Shown: piece by piece, positions 8,804 to 18,541 of the stretch
Numbering within the stretch: the first letter of the stretch is position 1
Layout: every line of letters begins with the position of its first letter
Virus record (IMG/VR): IMGVR_UViG_3300028805_000088
Location: 1-64,000 of that record
Strand: one strand, 5' to 3'
From: a virus
Lineage: Duplodnaviria > Caudoviricetes
DNA length: 64,000 nt
The notes under the pieces: generated by a model
Told to the model about the DNA's origin: nothing
What the model saw: only the letters and a program-made list of their open reading frames with translations
Databases searched by the model: none
Made by a program: the position numbers and the translations under genes

Positions 8804-11800
8804 TTAAATATCATCAAATGAAACACCTTCTGGTGTCAAAACAAAATCGATTGTGATATACTCGAGTGCGTTATAAGGCTTAAAGTAAATCTTCGCTGGA
8901 AGCTCTCTCCTCTCCCTAGATTCAATCGTGTCATTAACCTCAATCCTATAATCAGAAATACCTCTGTTACTTCTAATGCTATCCAATATCGGAGTCACAG
9001 TGGAAATAAATGACTGCTTCGTTGTTGCGTCATTTGGCTCAAAGATAAGACCAATACAAGATATTGCAATCAACTTCCTCATTCTGAGCAACAACCTACG
9101 AACTGCGATACGGTTAAGCTGAGACTCATTAATCTGTAGGTTCTTCTGACCCCAAATCTTAGGTCCGTCTTGAGCAAATGTCTTAATTGGGTTGATTCTT
9201 CCATCGTACAATACATCCTCGTCAGCTAACTTTGTGATGAAGTGTGCTCTTACACAGTCAACATTACCACGCTCAACACCTGCTGGTGCGAACCAAGGAT
9301 ATGCTTGATTATCTGTTTGTGCGAAGTTACGCACAACGTCCTTAGTTGCTGGTAAGTAAATGTATTGGTTATTATCTTGGTCAAGATACTTAACCCAAGG
9401 ATAATATGTACATGAGTAGTTAGAATCAATCTCTGTATCCTCCAAATTATATACAGCCTCGTCTGGTGTATACATTTCATCGAAGTAATCACCTGCGCCA
9501 CTTGGCTTATCTGGAGTTGTGATAACATATATTGAGTCTGCTCTCTCTTCCTCAATCATTTCGATTGCCTCTTGTACAAGAAGTTTCTGATTTACGTAGT
9601 CAATACCTGGAGTTGCAAATACGTTAATATCTGTTGCCTCTGGGTTACTGAACTGACGGATACCACTTAAATAAGCATACCAGTCAGAGGTAATACCATT
9701 CTGATTTAACTGTAAAAGGTCAGGATTTGTTATCTTATTGAATGCATATCCCTCGCCACTACCTTGGCTAATGTATCCTCTATACTGAGACATCTTGAAG
9801 TCATCTGTATTTGTTCTCTGGTCTCTGTAAACATCCCATCCATCGAATCCACCATAGAAGAATACTGTGAACTTACGAAGATTTACATATTCATAAATTG
9901 AACCGTACATTTCACTTTCCTTACCAATTACTGGTGGTTGGTCAAGAACTTGTGTTCTAGAGTTAGTTGATACACAATCGAACTTATATCCACTTTCATT
10001 ATCAACTGTTACAGTGAATGTAGTATCTCCAACTCTTCCTTCCTCATCAAGTCTTGAGTCTAGGTGGAAACCATGTGACAAGAAGCTTGGGTCGTTGATG
10101 TAAGCTTTTGTGCCTTTGAATGTGAAATTGTCGATGTCAACGCCAACCCATGAAGAAAGACCAAAGTATTGCTTTCTATTCTTAATATCTTCATCGAAGA
10201 ATCTATTATATTTAATAGTTGGGAATGCAACATCAGTCTTAACATCACCCACAATTGGAGTACCACTGTACATTGGGATTGGATAACCCAAGAAACCTGC
10301 AGGAACGGATGTTCTAGCTGCTGTAGTCTCATTTACCTCAACTGTGATGAACTTAGACTTAGACTCATAGACACCATCGAATGAACCAATCTTGTATGCA
10401 ATGTAGTTAGCATCACCTGGAATCATTGTACATCTTCCGAATCTCTCAAGTGGGATAATTGACTCATCAAGGTCATCAACTCTACGTACTATAACATCGA
10501 ATGTACCCTCATCAGGTCTTATGTTCTCGATAGATACCTTAACCTCGTAGTTAGCATTATCACCATCAGAAATTGTGTGGAATCTGAACAACTTTGTCAT
10601 TTCAATGTGGTTAAAGTCACCCTTCAAATTAGATACAATCCAAGGAGTTGAAGCATATCTGTAAGCTGACTTATAATCGTTCATATCAAGCTGAACATAA
10701 GCAACATCAGACTTATCTTCATTCATCTTATAATACAAGCCATCTGCGTTGTTCAAAACAAGCATTGAAGCGTCTTGTGTGTTACCTTTGTATCCACCAT
10801 CAAGAAGGTTTCCGTAATAGTTGATGTACTCGAAATCTGAAGACTTTTGGCTTCTACTTTCTAATACCTTATCAATACTTTCCTTACTATATGCTGAATA
10901 GTAGTAATGTCTCTTACCATCTTGTGTTGTATACTGTCTTACTGTGTAAATCTGACCGATTACCATTGGGAACTCAGCAACCGTTGTTGCTGACCACTCT
11001 TTTGCTCTTTCGCTGCTTGGGTCAATGCTAGATGGTAATTTAACAAGGTTACTTCCATATATACCACTAGGTAATTCAGCAGACTCAGTAATGGTATAAG
11101 GTCTACCATACTCATAGTTATAGATTACGCATCTGATTCCCTCGTCAATAGCATTCTTACTTGCAAGGAATCTACGACCAACATACTTTCTATTCAATGC
11201 ACTCTGTTGCTTCTCAACTATTGCATAAACAGGCTCATGGTGGTCAAAGTCAGCAGTATTATATGCCTCATACTCTTCAAGCTTATTAGTAATCTGGTTA
11301 ACTTCATAGTTAGCAATTGCTTGCTCAAGAGCAACGTCATACAATGTCTCAACAAAGATTGGAGCATCGCCATCATATGCCTTTGAACCAAGAACATTTA
11401 AAATATATTCCTTATCATAAGGATTCAATGATACTGGATACTCGAAATATCCTTTCTTAAACGCATTTTCTCTTGTTTCCTTATCACCAGCATATCCTTC
11501 ATTGATAATTTCATCAACTATATCTTCTGTTGCTTGAGCACCAGTTACACCTACAAGTTTAAATCTACCCTTGTTAGTTTGAGAAACTGTCCAAGAACCT
11601 TCCTCGGCACTAGTACCATAACCATTACACTCATCACCAGTGCTATAAAGAGGAATATAAGGCTTAATCTGCAATGCATTCATCCAATATCCCTTCTTCT
11701 CACATGCCTCTGTTGATGTGTTGCCAGTCTTTTGTTTTTCACCAACATCATATCTCAATGTGTCATATTTAGTTGTTTCACAAGTACAACCGCTAGTATC

Positions 11801-12229
11801 ACCTGTGTCATATGGGTGATATGTACCTCTTGAACGGATTACAGCCACTGCTTGCTTCTTACCTTCAGTATCACCACCTTCACCGTATGAAGCAGTTATA
11901 AGCCATGCTGGACCTGCATTAAATCCACTCAAACCAAGAACACGAACAACCTTAAGCTGCTCTGACTCACTCAAGTAAGACTTTGCGATATAAGGTAACT
12001 CATATTTAGGATACTGGCTTCCCTTAAACTTTTCTGTACTTGTTCCACCAAACATTTCTTGGAACTCACGCCAGTTTGAAATGTCCATTGCTTGGAACGC
12101 TGGACCTCTCTGGGCCTCACCTACAAGACCAAGAGTTGTTATACCAAGACTTTTAACTGCATATGTGAGGTCTATTTCTCTTGTATAAATACCTGGTGAA
12201 ACATGTATTCCTCTTGCATTATCTGCCAT
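8804..12229 (-). CDS. Tail sheath protein (T4 gp18-like), enlarged
   Basis: N-terminal HVSPGIYTREIDL, C-terminal PWFAPAGVERG, INPIKTF, KIWGQKNLQ..LNRIAVRRLL, FEPND, YFKPYNALEYITIDFVLT. Confidence 0.92.
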   Translation of the reverse strand: MADNARGIHVSPGIYTREIDLTYAVKSLGITTLGLVGEAQRGPAFQAMDISNWREFQEMFGGTSTEKFKGSQYPKYELPYIAKSYLSESEQLKVVRVLGLSGFNAGPAWLITASYGEGGDTEGKKQAVAVIRSRGTYHPYDTGDTSGCTCETTKYDTLRYDVGEKQKTGNTSTEACEKKGYWMNALQIKPYIPLYSTGDECNGYGTSAEEGSWTVSQTNKGRFKLVGVTGAQATEDIVDEIINEGYAGDKETRENAFKKGYFEYPVSLNPYDKEYILNVLGSKAYDGDAPIFVETLYDVALEQAIANYEVNQITNKLEEYEAYNTADFDHHEPVYAIVEKQQSALNRKYVGRRFLASKNAIDEGIRCVIYNYEYGRPYTITESAELPSGIYGSNLVKLPSSIDPSSERAKEWSATTVAEFPMVIGQIYTVRQYTTQDGKRHYYYSAYSKESIDKVLESRSQKSSDFEYINYYGNLLDGGYKGNTQDASMLVLNNADGLYYKMNEDKSDVAYVQLDMNDYKSAYRYASTPWIVSNLKGDFNHIEMTKLFRFHTISDGDNANYEVKVSIENIRPDEGTFDVIVRRVDDLDESIIPLERFGRCTMIPGDANYIAYKIGSFDGVYESKSKFITVEVNETTAARTSVPAGFLGYPIPMYSGTPIVGDVKTDVAFPTIKYNRFFDEDIKNRKQYFGLSSWVGVDIDNFTFKGTKAYINDPSFLSHGFHLDSRLDEEGRVGDTTFTVTVDNESGYKFDCVSTNSRTQVLDQPPVIGKESEMYGSIYEYVNLRKFTVFFYGGFDGWDVYRDQRTNTDDFKMSQYRGYISQGSGEGYAFNKITNPDLLQLNQNGITSDWYAYLSGIRQFSNPEATDINVFATPGIDYVNQKLLVQEAIEMIEEERADSIYVITTPDKPSGAGDYFDEMYTPDEAVYNLEDTEIDSNYSCTYYPWVKYLDQDNNQYIYLPATKDVVRNFAQTDNQAYPWFAPAGVERGNVDCVRAHFITKLADEDVLYDGRINPIKTFAQDGPKIWGQKNLQINESQLNRIAVRRLLLRMRKLIAISCIGLIFEPNDATTKQSFISTVTPILDSIRSNRGISDYRIEVNDTIESRERRELPAKIYFKPYNALEYITIDFVLTPEGVSFDDI

Positions 12230-12297
12230 AATTCTTATAATATTTAAATTTTTATTAGTTATTTTCTTATATATAAATATTTAGTCAAGTCGAAAGA

Positions 12298-12633
12298 TTA
12301 TGTCCAAAACATATTATTTAATATCAATGAACTAATTTTTTCGTCCTTGAACCTCTCATTAAGTTCATCAATGAACTTCACGATGTCACCATAATTGAAA
12401 TAAACTGTGGAATCCATTATCTTATTATGATACTCTTTAAGCTTTTCAGTATCATTGTATTTATTATGAAATTCGTCTTGTATGAGGAAAGCATAACTAG
12501 TTATTTTTCCCACTTTAGTGAGATATGAATAAAGTTTATAAGCATCACCAAAATCAAGTTCAAATTTATACTTAACGTCAAACTCCAACAGTATTCTCTC
12601 CAATACCATCAACTCTTTTAATTTAATAGTCAT
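12298..12633 (-). CDS. Hypothetical late protein
   Basis: 111-aa ORF, late motif at 12654. Confidence 0.6.
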   Translation of the reverse strand: MTIKLKELMVLERILLEFDVKYKFELDFGDAYKLYSYLTKVGKITSYAFLIQDEFHNKYNDTEKLKEYHNKIMDSTVYFNYGDIVKFIDELNERFKDEKISSLILNNMFWT

Positions 12634-12690
12634 AACAATATAATTTTATTAATTATAAATATCGTATAAAAATGGAAAATGCCAAAATAA

Positions 12691-12714
12691 AAGGGTAGTT
12701 ACCAAACTACCCTT
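12691..12714 (-). terminator. Terminator hairpin
   Basis: AAGGGTAGTT-ACCA-AACTACCCTT. Confidence 0.65.
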
Positions 12715-12732
12715 ATTATTTATTTTTATTGC

Positions 12733-13314
12733 CTATTTTTTTGTAATTACCAAGTCTTCTGCCTTTGCTGGGGTGGTTAACTTATATCCGTATCTATCAG
12801 CAACATCACAAGCAGATGAATATGCTAATTCCTTAACACGTTTTTCCTTAGACGCATTGTAATATTCTTCTGTGAAATCAATTTTTGTAATACCAGTTAC
12901 TAGTGTTGGGTCTTGTTTAAAAATCCAAGTTGGTACACCCAATCTACCCAAATTATTAGCAAAATCATCATAAGTCCAAGTATAATTGACAATTATTGAA
13001 TCACTAATTACCTTTTCACAAAGTTCACAGTAATATGCTTGATATGTCATAGATTTATCAGTGCCACCACTTGTGCTATGTATAGTCTTCTTGAAGCCAG
13101 CACTTGCAGAATATGTGTCGCCATCTTCAATATATCCATCAAAATATAGTTTGACTGGAGTTGTAGCAGTTGTAGCAGTTGTTATGCATGGCACACTAGT
13201 TTCATTCATTTCTACGGCACAAGCATCACCATTATTAATTGATTTGATGTTGAAAATAATACTATCCTTAACATAAGCATACTTCTTTGTTACCGTTTTG
13301 TTTAAAGCTTTCAT
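12733..13314 (-). CDS. Hypothetical protein with Thr-rich stretch
   Basis: 193-aa ORF; CITTATTATTP segment; no family recognised. Confidence 0.6.
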   Translation of the reverse strand: MKALNKTVTKKYAYVKDSIIFNIKSINNGDACAVEMNETSVPCITTATTATTPVKLYFDGYIEDGDTYSASAGFKKTIHSTSGGTDKSMTYQAYYCELCEKVISDSIIVNYTWTYDDFANNLGRLGVPTWIFKQDPTLVTGITKIDFTEEYYNASKEKRVKELAYSSACDVADRYGYKLTTPAKAEDLVITKK

Positions 13315-13325
13315 AATTTTATCTT

Positions 13326-13793
13326 TTATTTTATGGTTATTTTCCTATATAATAAATAGGAAATTGAACTTAATTTATTCACAAATTTATCTAACAATAT
13401 TTTCTTTTTCTCTTCAAATGGCTTTGAGACGATATACATGAAATCATCTTTATGTTTTTCTCTATACTCATCTAGAGTACATATAGGTTTGCATGGACTA
13501 CTTGCTGCAACAGTATTTGAAGGAATATCGTGATTAACGATACTTCTAGCACCGATGATTGAGTTGTCACCAATGGTAACACTAGGCAATACAACTGTTC
13601 TACACCATATAAAACAATTTTTACCTATATTAATTGGGGCATAGATTACAGTTTCCTTATTTCCGTCTGATAAGTTTCTTATAGTCCTAGTTGCAGCATC
13701 ATGTGTAACAAATGCACAATCGAATGATATTATTGTATTATCACCAATCGTTATAAGATATGGCTCTGAGCCAAAATTATCTCCACCTATTTC
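13326..13793 (-). pseudogene. 5'-truncated hexapeptide-repeat (sugar O-)acyltransferase
   Basis: Frame stays open upstream of the called TTG: EIGGDNFGSEPYLITIGDNTIISFDCAFVTHD...NIGKNCFIWCRTVVLPSVTIGDNSIIGARSIVNHDIP; bounded by an in-frame TAA at 13794-96 with no ATG. Confidence 0.7.
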
Positions 13794-13900
13794 TTATTGT
13801 CGGCATAAGTTGGCAATACTGTGGCATTTAGACTCCTTGTTTTATTTGTTTGAACATACATACTACCTATAACAGACGCTCCAGTTACTAGTATTGGTGT

Positions 13901-15325
13901 TCAAGCATCTATTATAGTCCAATTGTTTGGAACTCCCTCATTTCCTCTTCCCCAATTTGTCATATCAGAGTTTTTAACAAACTCACCGTTAGAAGAAACG
14001 CCTACAACCCAAGCAAAAGTACAATTACTAGCGCTTATATCAGTAGCTAAACACTTTATATAATTAAGATTACTGCAACCTCTTAGCATTTCATAATAAC
14101 ATGCATTTTCTAACTTTGCCGCTAGTAACTCAGGTGCTGTCGTTAGACTTGTACAACCTTTGAACATAGAGCGATAACAATCACTTGCTAACGTTGTTGC
14201 AGGTAACACAGAAGGTGCTGTCGTTAAACTTGTACAACCTTGGAACATAGAGCGATAACAACCGCTTGATAACGTTGTTGCAAGCAATTCTGGTGCTGTC
14301 GTTAGACTTGTACAACCTTGGAACATAGCGTAATAACAGTTACTTGATAACGTTGTTGCAGGTAACTTTGGAGCAACGGTTAAACTTGTACAATCTTGGA
14401 ACATAGAGCGATAACAATCACTTGCTAACGTTGTTGCAGGTAACACAGAAGGTGCTGTCGTTAAACTTGTACAACCTTGAAACATAGAGTAACAGCACTC
14501 TTTTGCTAATGTTGTTGCATGTAACTCTGGAGCCACCGTTAAACTTGTACAACCTTTGAACATATTTTGATAACAGCAAACTTCCAAGTTGAGAGCAGAC
14601 AACTCAGGTGCTGTCGTTAGACTTGTACAACCTTGGAACATAGAGCGATAACAATCACTTACTAACGTTGTTGCAGGTAATTCTTTTGGTGGATACTTTA
14701 AATTAGTGCATCCTCTAAACAATTCATAATATGTATTTCTCTTTAACGTCGTAGCTGGTAAAACTAGGTTTTCAGCAGATATAAGCGTTGTAGAACCCAC
14801 TGCTGTATCACCAGTGTCGTTCGTATACCAGAACAAAGCACAGAAGGTTCCAGCATTATTACTAGATGTGTTTTTAATTTCAGTCTTGCCATTAAAGTCA
14901 TCCCCATAAATAAGCGACATTATATTACCATACACATCATAATTTTTTGTACAAGTCAAACTATTATGACTATTCCATTTTGATGCCCATTCATTCGCTT
15001 CAGATTTAATCATTAAAGTTTCACCACTATTGATTGTGGCTATCGTAATTTCTGAAGTTCCAGTAGGTACTTGTGTCCATGTTGTGCCACTATCTAATGA
15101 ATAGTATTCAGTATTACCAGTTTTGCCCCATCTAGTAATTTTAACTTCATTCTCATCAGCCAATGATTTAATGGTGAAATAATCCTTGGAGTAATCATGA
15201 ATTTCCGCAGTTATCCACGTCTTTGTGCTGTCATATAACGTTGATACATTTGGCGTAATGAATTCATCACTTGAAATGTATTCAAGATATTCATTTTCTG
15301 TATTAAATATTTTAAAATATTTCAT
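13901..15325 (-). CDS. BspA-type leucine-rich-repeat protein, probable virion surface/adhesin
   Basis: About nine 26-27-aa repeats MFQGCTSLTTAP.L.ATTL...CY.S; late motif at 15342. Confidence 0.8.
   Translation of the reverse strand: MKYFKIFNTENEYLEYISSDEFITPNVSTLYDSTKTWITAEIHDYSKDYFTIKSLADENEVKITRWGKTGNTEYYSLDSGTTWTQVPTGTSEITIATINSGETLMIKSEANEWASKWNSHNSLTCTKNYDVYGNIMSLIYGDDFNGKTEIKNTSSNNAGTFCALFWYTNDTGDTAVGSTTLISAENLVLPATTLKRNTYYELFRGCTNLKYPPKELPATTLVSDCYRSMFQGCTSLTTAPELSALNLEVCCYQNMFKGCTSLTVAPELHATTLAKECCYSMFQGCTSLTTAPSVLPATTLASDCYRSMFQDCTSLTVAPKLPATTLSSNCYYAMFQGCTSLTTAPELLATTLSSGCYRSMFQGCTSLTTAPSVLPATTLASDCYRSMFKGCTSLTTAPELLAAKLENACYYEMLRGCSNLNYIKCLATDISASNCTFAWVVGVSSNGEFVKNSDMTNWGRGNEGVPNNWTIIDA
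14164..14476. repeat. Recent internal duplication in the LRR gene
   Basis: About 76 bp identical at 14164-14239 and 14401-14476 (period 237 bp = 3 LRR units). Confidence 0.8.
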
Positions 15326-15412
15326 ATAAAAACGTTTTCTTTATAAATATTTGTATAAAAGCAAAAACAGGCGTCAACATCGCTGTTAATACCTGCTAAT
15401 TATTTACATTAT

Positions 15413-15589
15413 TTATTTCTTCAATTCCTCAATCAATTTATCCGCATATGATACAGCAATATCGGCTATCTGACGTTTGAAAATAAATTGAAATATAAAA
15501 ACCATTATTGAACTACTCAATATAGCATTCATTATATTAATGGATGCATCGATTCTAACTTGTTCCCAATTTATTTCTGAATTGTTCAT
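15413..15589 (-). CDS. Small hypothetical protein (INWEQ...AVSYADKLIEELKK type)
   Basis: 58 aa from ATG 15589. The frame is open back to ATG 15838 (MEQYDKK), so the start is uncertain; the 16009 start overlaps the transposase. Confidence 0.55.
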   Translation of the reverse strand: MNNSEINWEQVRIDASINIMNAILSSSIMVFIFQFIFKRQIADIAVSYADKLIEELKK

Positions 15590-15965
15590 AAGCCCTCCAA
15601 AAACTACCTTCCATATAAAAATGAATATCAAATAAACTATCTTTATCTCTTTTTTCCGAACTAAATATTTCTTGTACTGACATAACAATATTAAATTTTT
15701 AATAAATATATAATTAAAATAGGGAACGATATACCTGTTGACACAAGCAGTCCCTTTTGAATAAATATGCAAAAGTTGCTGAAAGGATAAAACCTTCGGC
15801 AACTTTTTTTGTATTTGTTTTTTATCATACTGTTCCATAAGCATTTTCACAAAGTGAAAATGAATTTCTAAAAATTGCGATTTTTGTAAAGTTATATGTA
15901 TAACTTCAAGTACCTGTTCACTTGAAAAACGTAATTTTGCATTAGATTTTAAATAAAAAGACGTT

Positions 15966-16985
15966 ATGGAACAGATGCATATCAATTTCTCACAGTTCAA
16001 TTCACTCATCGCCCTCGTTGACTATTTCAATACTGAAGACAAGTGCAGAGCAGCTATCGCACAAGAGCGTTGGGGTGATGGCGAAACAGTATGCCCCTAC
16101 TGTGGTTGTACTCACACCTACTCTTGCAAGGATGGTCGCTACTCTTGTCCAAACTGCAAGAGAAAGTTCAACGTCACCGTTGGCACTATCTTTGAGAACA
16201 CCAAGTTGTCTCTTAGAAAGTGGTTTATGGCAATGTACCTCGTTTCTTCTACGAAGAAGTGTGTTAGCTCTCACCAGCTTGCAAGAGACCTTGCAGTTAC
16301 TCAGAAGACTGCTTGGTTCATTCTCCATAAGGTTCGTGGACTGTATGGCATCACTGACGAGATTGAACTTGATGGTGAGGTGGAAATGGACGAAATGTAT
16401 CTTGGTGGTCGTGAGACCAACAAGCACAACGACAAGCGTACTGAAGGTACACAAGGTCGTAGCACCAAGACGAAGACTCCCATCTTTGGTATGTTGCAGC
16501 GTGATGACAAGGTTATTGCAATGAAGGTGGAGGATACCAAGGGCGCTACCCTTATGCCCATTGTGGAGCAGTTTGTGAAGGAAGGTACTGTTACCTACAC
16601 TGACGAGGCATCAATCTATAACAACCTTTCCAAGAAGGGTTATGACCACTTGTTTGTTAATCACGGAAAGCGTGAGTTTGTGCGTAGTAGTGACATTCAC
16701 ACCAATGGTATTGAAGGTTTTTGGGCACATTTTAAGCGTGTTGTATTCTCTACCTACCATATGGTAAGTAAGGACTACTTGTCTCGTTACATTGACGAGC
16801 AGATGTATCGTTGAAACACAAGGGAAGAGAAGGACGCTTACAGATTCCACGATATGTTCAAGAAGGCTGTTAAGCACTTTGACTACTGTGATGTACTGTC
16901 ACTGTCTTCAGTTGTTGACGTGGAGTACATGATGTTCAAGCGTGATGTGTACTATCATTGGTATATGCACAATAAGGTTGCATAA
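15966..16985 (+). mobile_element. IS1595-family (ISXO2-like DDE) transposase with an internal TGA
   Basis: Zn ribbon CPYCG/CPNC, TVGTIFENTKL.LRKWF, VEMDEMYLGG, YTDE, HTNGIEGFWAHFKR. TGA at 16812-14 interrupts YIDEQMYR*NTR and the frame continues to TAA 16983-85. Visibly more GC-rich than its flanks; no element-terminal IRs found. Confidence 0.85.
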
Positions 16986-16989
16986 AAAA

Positions 16990-17012
16990 GGAGTAACCTT
17001 GTTGATTACTCC
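16990..17012. terminator. Bidirectional terminator
   Basis: GGAGTAA...TTACTCC stem between convergent genes. Confidence 0.6.
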
Positions 17013-17026
17013 CTTTGTTATCTATT

Positions 17027-17704
17027 TCATTGAATTGGTTCTATTATCCCTTCAAATGAACTCCAACCACTTGCTGTTTCATATGCGTTTACACTACCAC
17101 TTGGGACATATACTGTAGGTATACTCATTTCGCCTCCAAAAATGCTTTCACCAATTGAAGGAGGTGTTGTTGCCATAATCGTTACACTCTCAAGAGAACT
17201 ATTATTATAGAAAGCATAATCACCAATACTTGTAACACCGCTACCTATTGTGCAACTTGTAAGACTACAATCTTGGAAAAAACCATAAGCAATACTTGTA
17301 ACGCTATCAGGTATAACTATACTTGTAAGATTATTAGCTCCAGCGAAAGCAACAGTACCAATAGTTGTTGGGTCAGTCAAAGTGCATTTAACTGTGTGTT
17401 CACCCTCTGTACTAAAGGTATATGCTGATACAACACTTGGCTGCGCAACACCATCAATCTCCATAGCACTAAATGGCTCTAAATCCACATCATAATTGAA
17501 TAACATTATTTCTTCTTCAGCACTAAAAGTAACATACTTTGCAACAAGCCTTGCTTCTACAGGAGTTGGCGGTGTACTCGGATTATAATGTACTGTGTTA
17601 TTGTCTACAGTTAATGATACATTAGGTAGGATAAAGTTCTCCGTATCAGCAGTATATGCATTATATTCTGCTGTAGTGTTAAATTGTTTTAGAAATTTAC
17701 TCAT
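17027..17704 (-). CDS. BspA-type LRR (LRR_5) surface protein
   Basis: [49 protein letters not shown]; likely start MSKFLKQF at 17704. Confidence 0.8.
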   Translation of the reverse strand: MSKFLKQFNTTAEYNAYTADTENFILPNVSLTVDNNTVHYNPSTPPTPVEARLVAKYVTFSAEEEIMLFNYDVDLEPFSAMEIDGVAQPSVVSAYTFSTEGEHTVKCTLTDPTTIGTVAFAGANNLTSIVIPDSVTSIAYGFFQDCSLTSCTIGSGVTSIGDYAFYNNSSLESVTIMATTPPSIGESIFGGEMSIPTVYVPSGSVNAYETASGWSSFEGIIEPIQ

Positions 17705-17809
17705 AATATATAATTGTTTCTTAATAAATATCACGAAGATTTGTATTATTCAAATAATATCTGTAATTTCGCAGCAGAATTGATATTTATATGAAAATAT
17801 AGTATTAAG

Positions 17810-18391
17810 ATGAAACAGTTGATTAGATTAACAGAGAGTGACATACATAATATAGTAAAAGAAGTAATCAATGAAATAGGCTATCGTGGTGCTGCACTAA
17901 CACATGGTGCAAACTACAATGCGCAACAAGATTATATGAATAGTAGAAATTCTAATGCGAGAACAAAAATGGGAGGTAGCGAAAACTTAACGATGAAAGC
18001 ATTGTCACTTGCAATACACGACAACTTTCCAAACTTGACCCTTGAGTTTGTTGAACACAATGAGAAGACAAATCAGTCGTACCCTGTCGATTTGCGTTTC
18101 ACTGATGTAAAATACATAGACAATGAAAGAGTTGTACTGCATGGACAATTAACTGTATCATTGAAGCCATTTGGCATTGGGGCAATTGAATACAATTTCA
18201 ATACGCAAGACTTTTATAGAGTGTCTTATTCTGACAAAACTACACGTAGTAGAAAGTTACATACGTTACTACCTCATAATGAAGAACAGATAAAAAGTGT
18301 GTTAACATTTGTTTCTAACTATCTCTATGCAAGAGAAGATTATGAAACCAATATTAACATGAATGGTTCAACACCTTCTAAACCACATTAA
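17810..18391 (+). CDS. Hypothetical late protein, probable head-internal protein
   Basis: MKQLIRLTESDIHNIVKEVINE, the same N-terminal motif as 5481..5993; late motif at 17784. Confidence 0.65.
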   Translation: MKQLIRLTESDIHNIVKEVINEIGYRGAALTHGANYNAQQDYMNSRNSNARTKMGGSENLTMKALSLAIHDNFPNLTLEFVEHNEKTNQSYPVDLRFTDVKYIDNERVVLHGQLTVSLKPFGIGAIEYNFNTQDFYRVSYSDKTTRSRKLHTLLPHNEEQIKSVLTFVSNYLYAREDYETNINMNGSTPSKPH

Positions 18392-18396
18392 TAGAA

Positions 18397-18422
18397 ATGA
18401 GCAGCCAAGTTAGGCTGCTCAT
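18397..18422. terminator. Bidirectional terminator
   Basis: ATGAGCAGCC-AAGTTA-GGCTGCTCAT. Confidence 0.7.
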
Positions 18423-18541
18423 CTTTTGTATATTTATGTAAGAACGTTATTTTGTGTCAACAAGTATATCGTTCCCAAATATTATCCTAAAATATATTAT
18501 TCTTAAACAATCAATGAACTTACGCATAATGGTTATTGCAG

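Noticed and set aside
8804-12229. Intein or group I intron explaining the long sheath
   Set aside because: No C/S-start...HN-C/S/T junction, no LAGLIDADG motif, and the frame is uninterrupted
15590-16009. 198-aa minus-strand ORF starting at 16009
   Set aside because: Overlaps the transposase start and runs through the promoter/palindrome region; only the part from 15838 or 15589 is plausible
15966-17012. Terminal inverted repeats and target-site duplication delimiting a complete IS1595 element
   Set aside because: No matching ends found by eye; the 11-bp IR pair flanks only the upstream 123-bp segment
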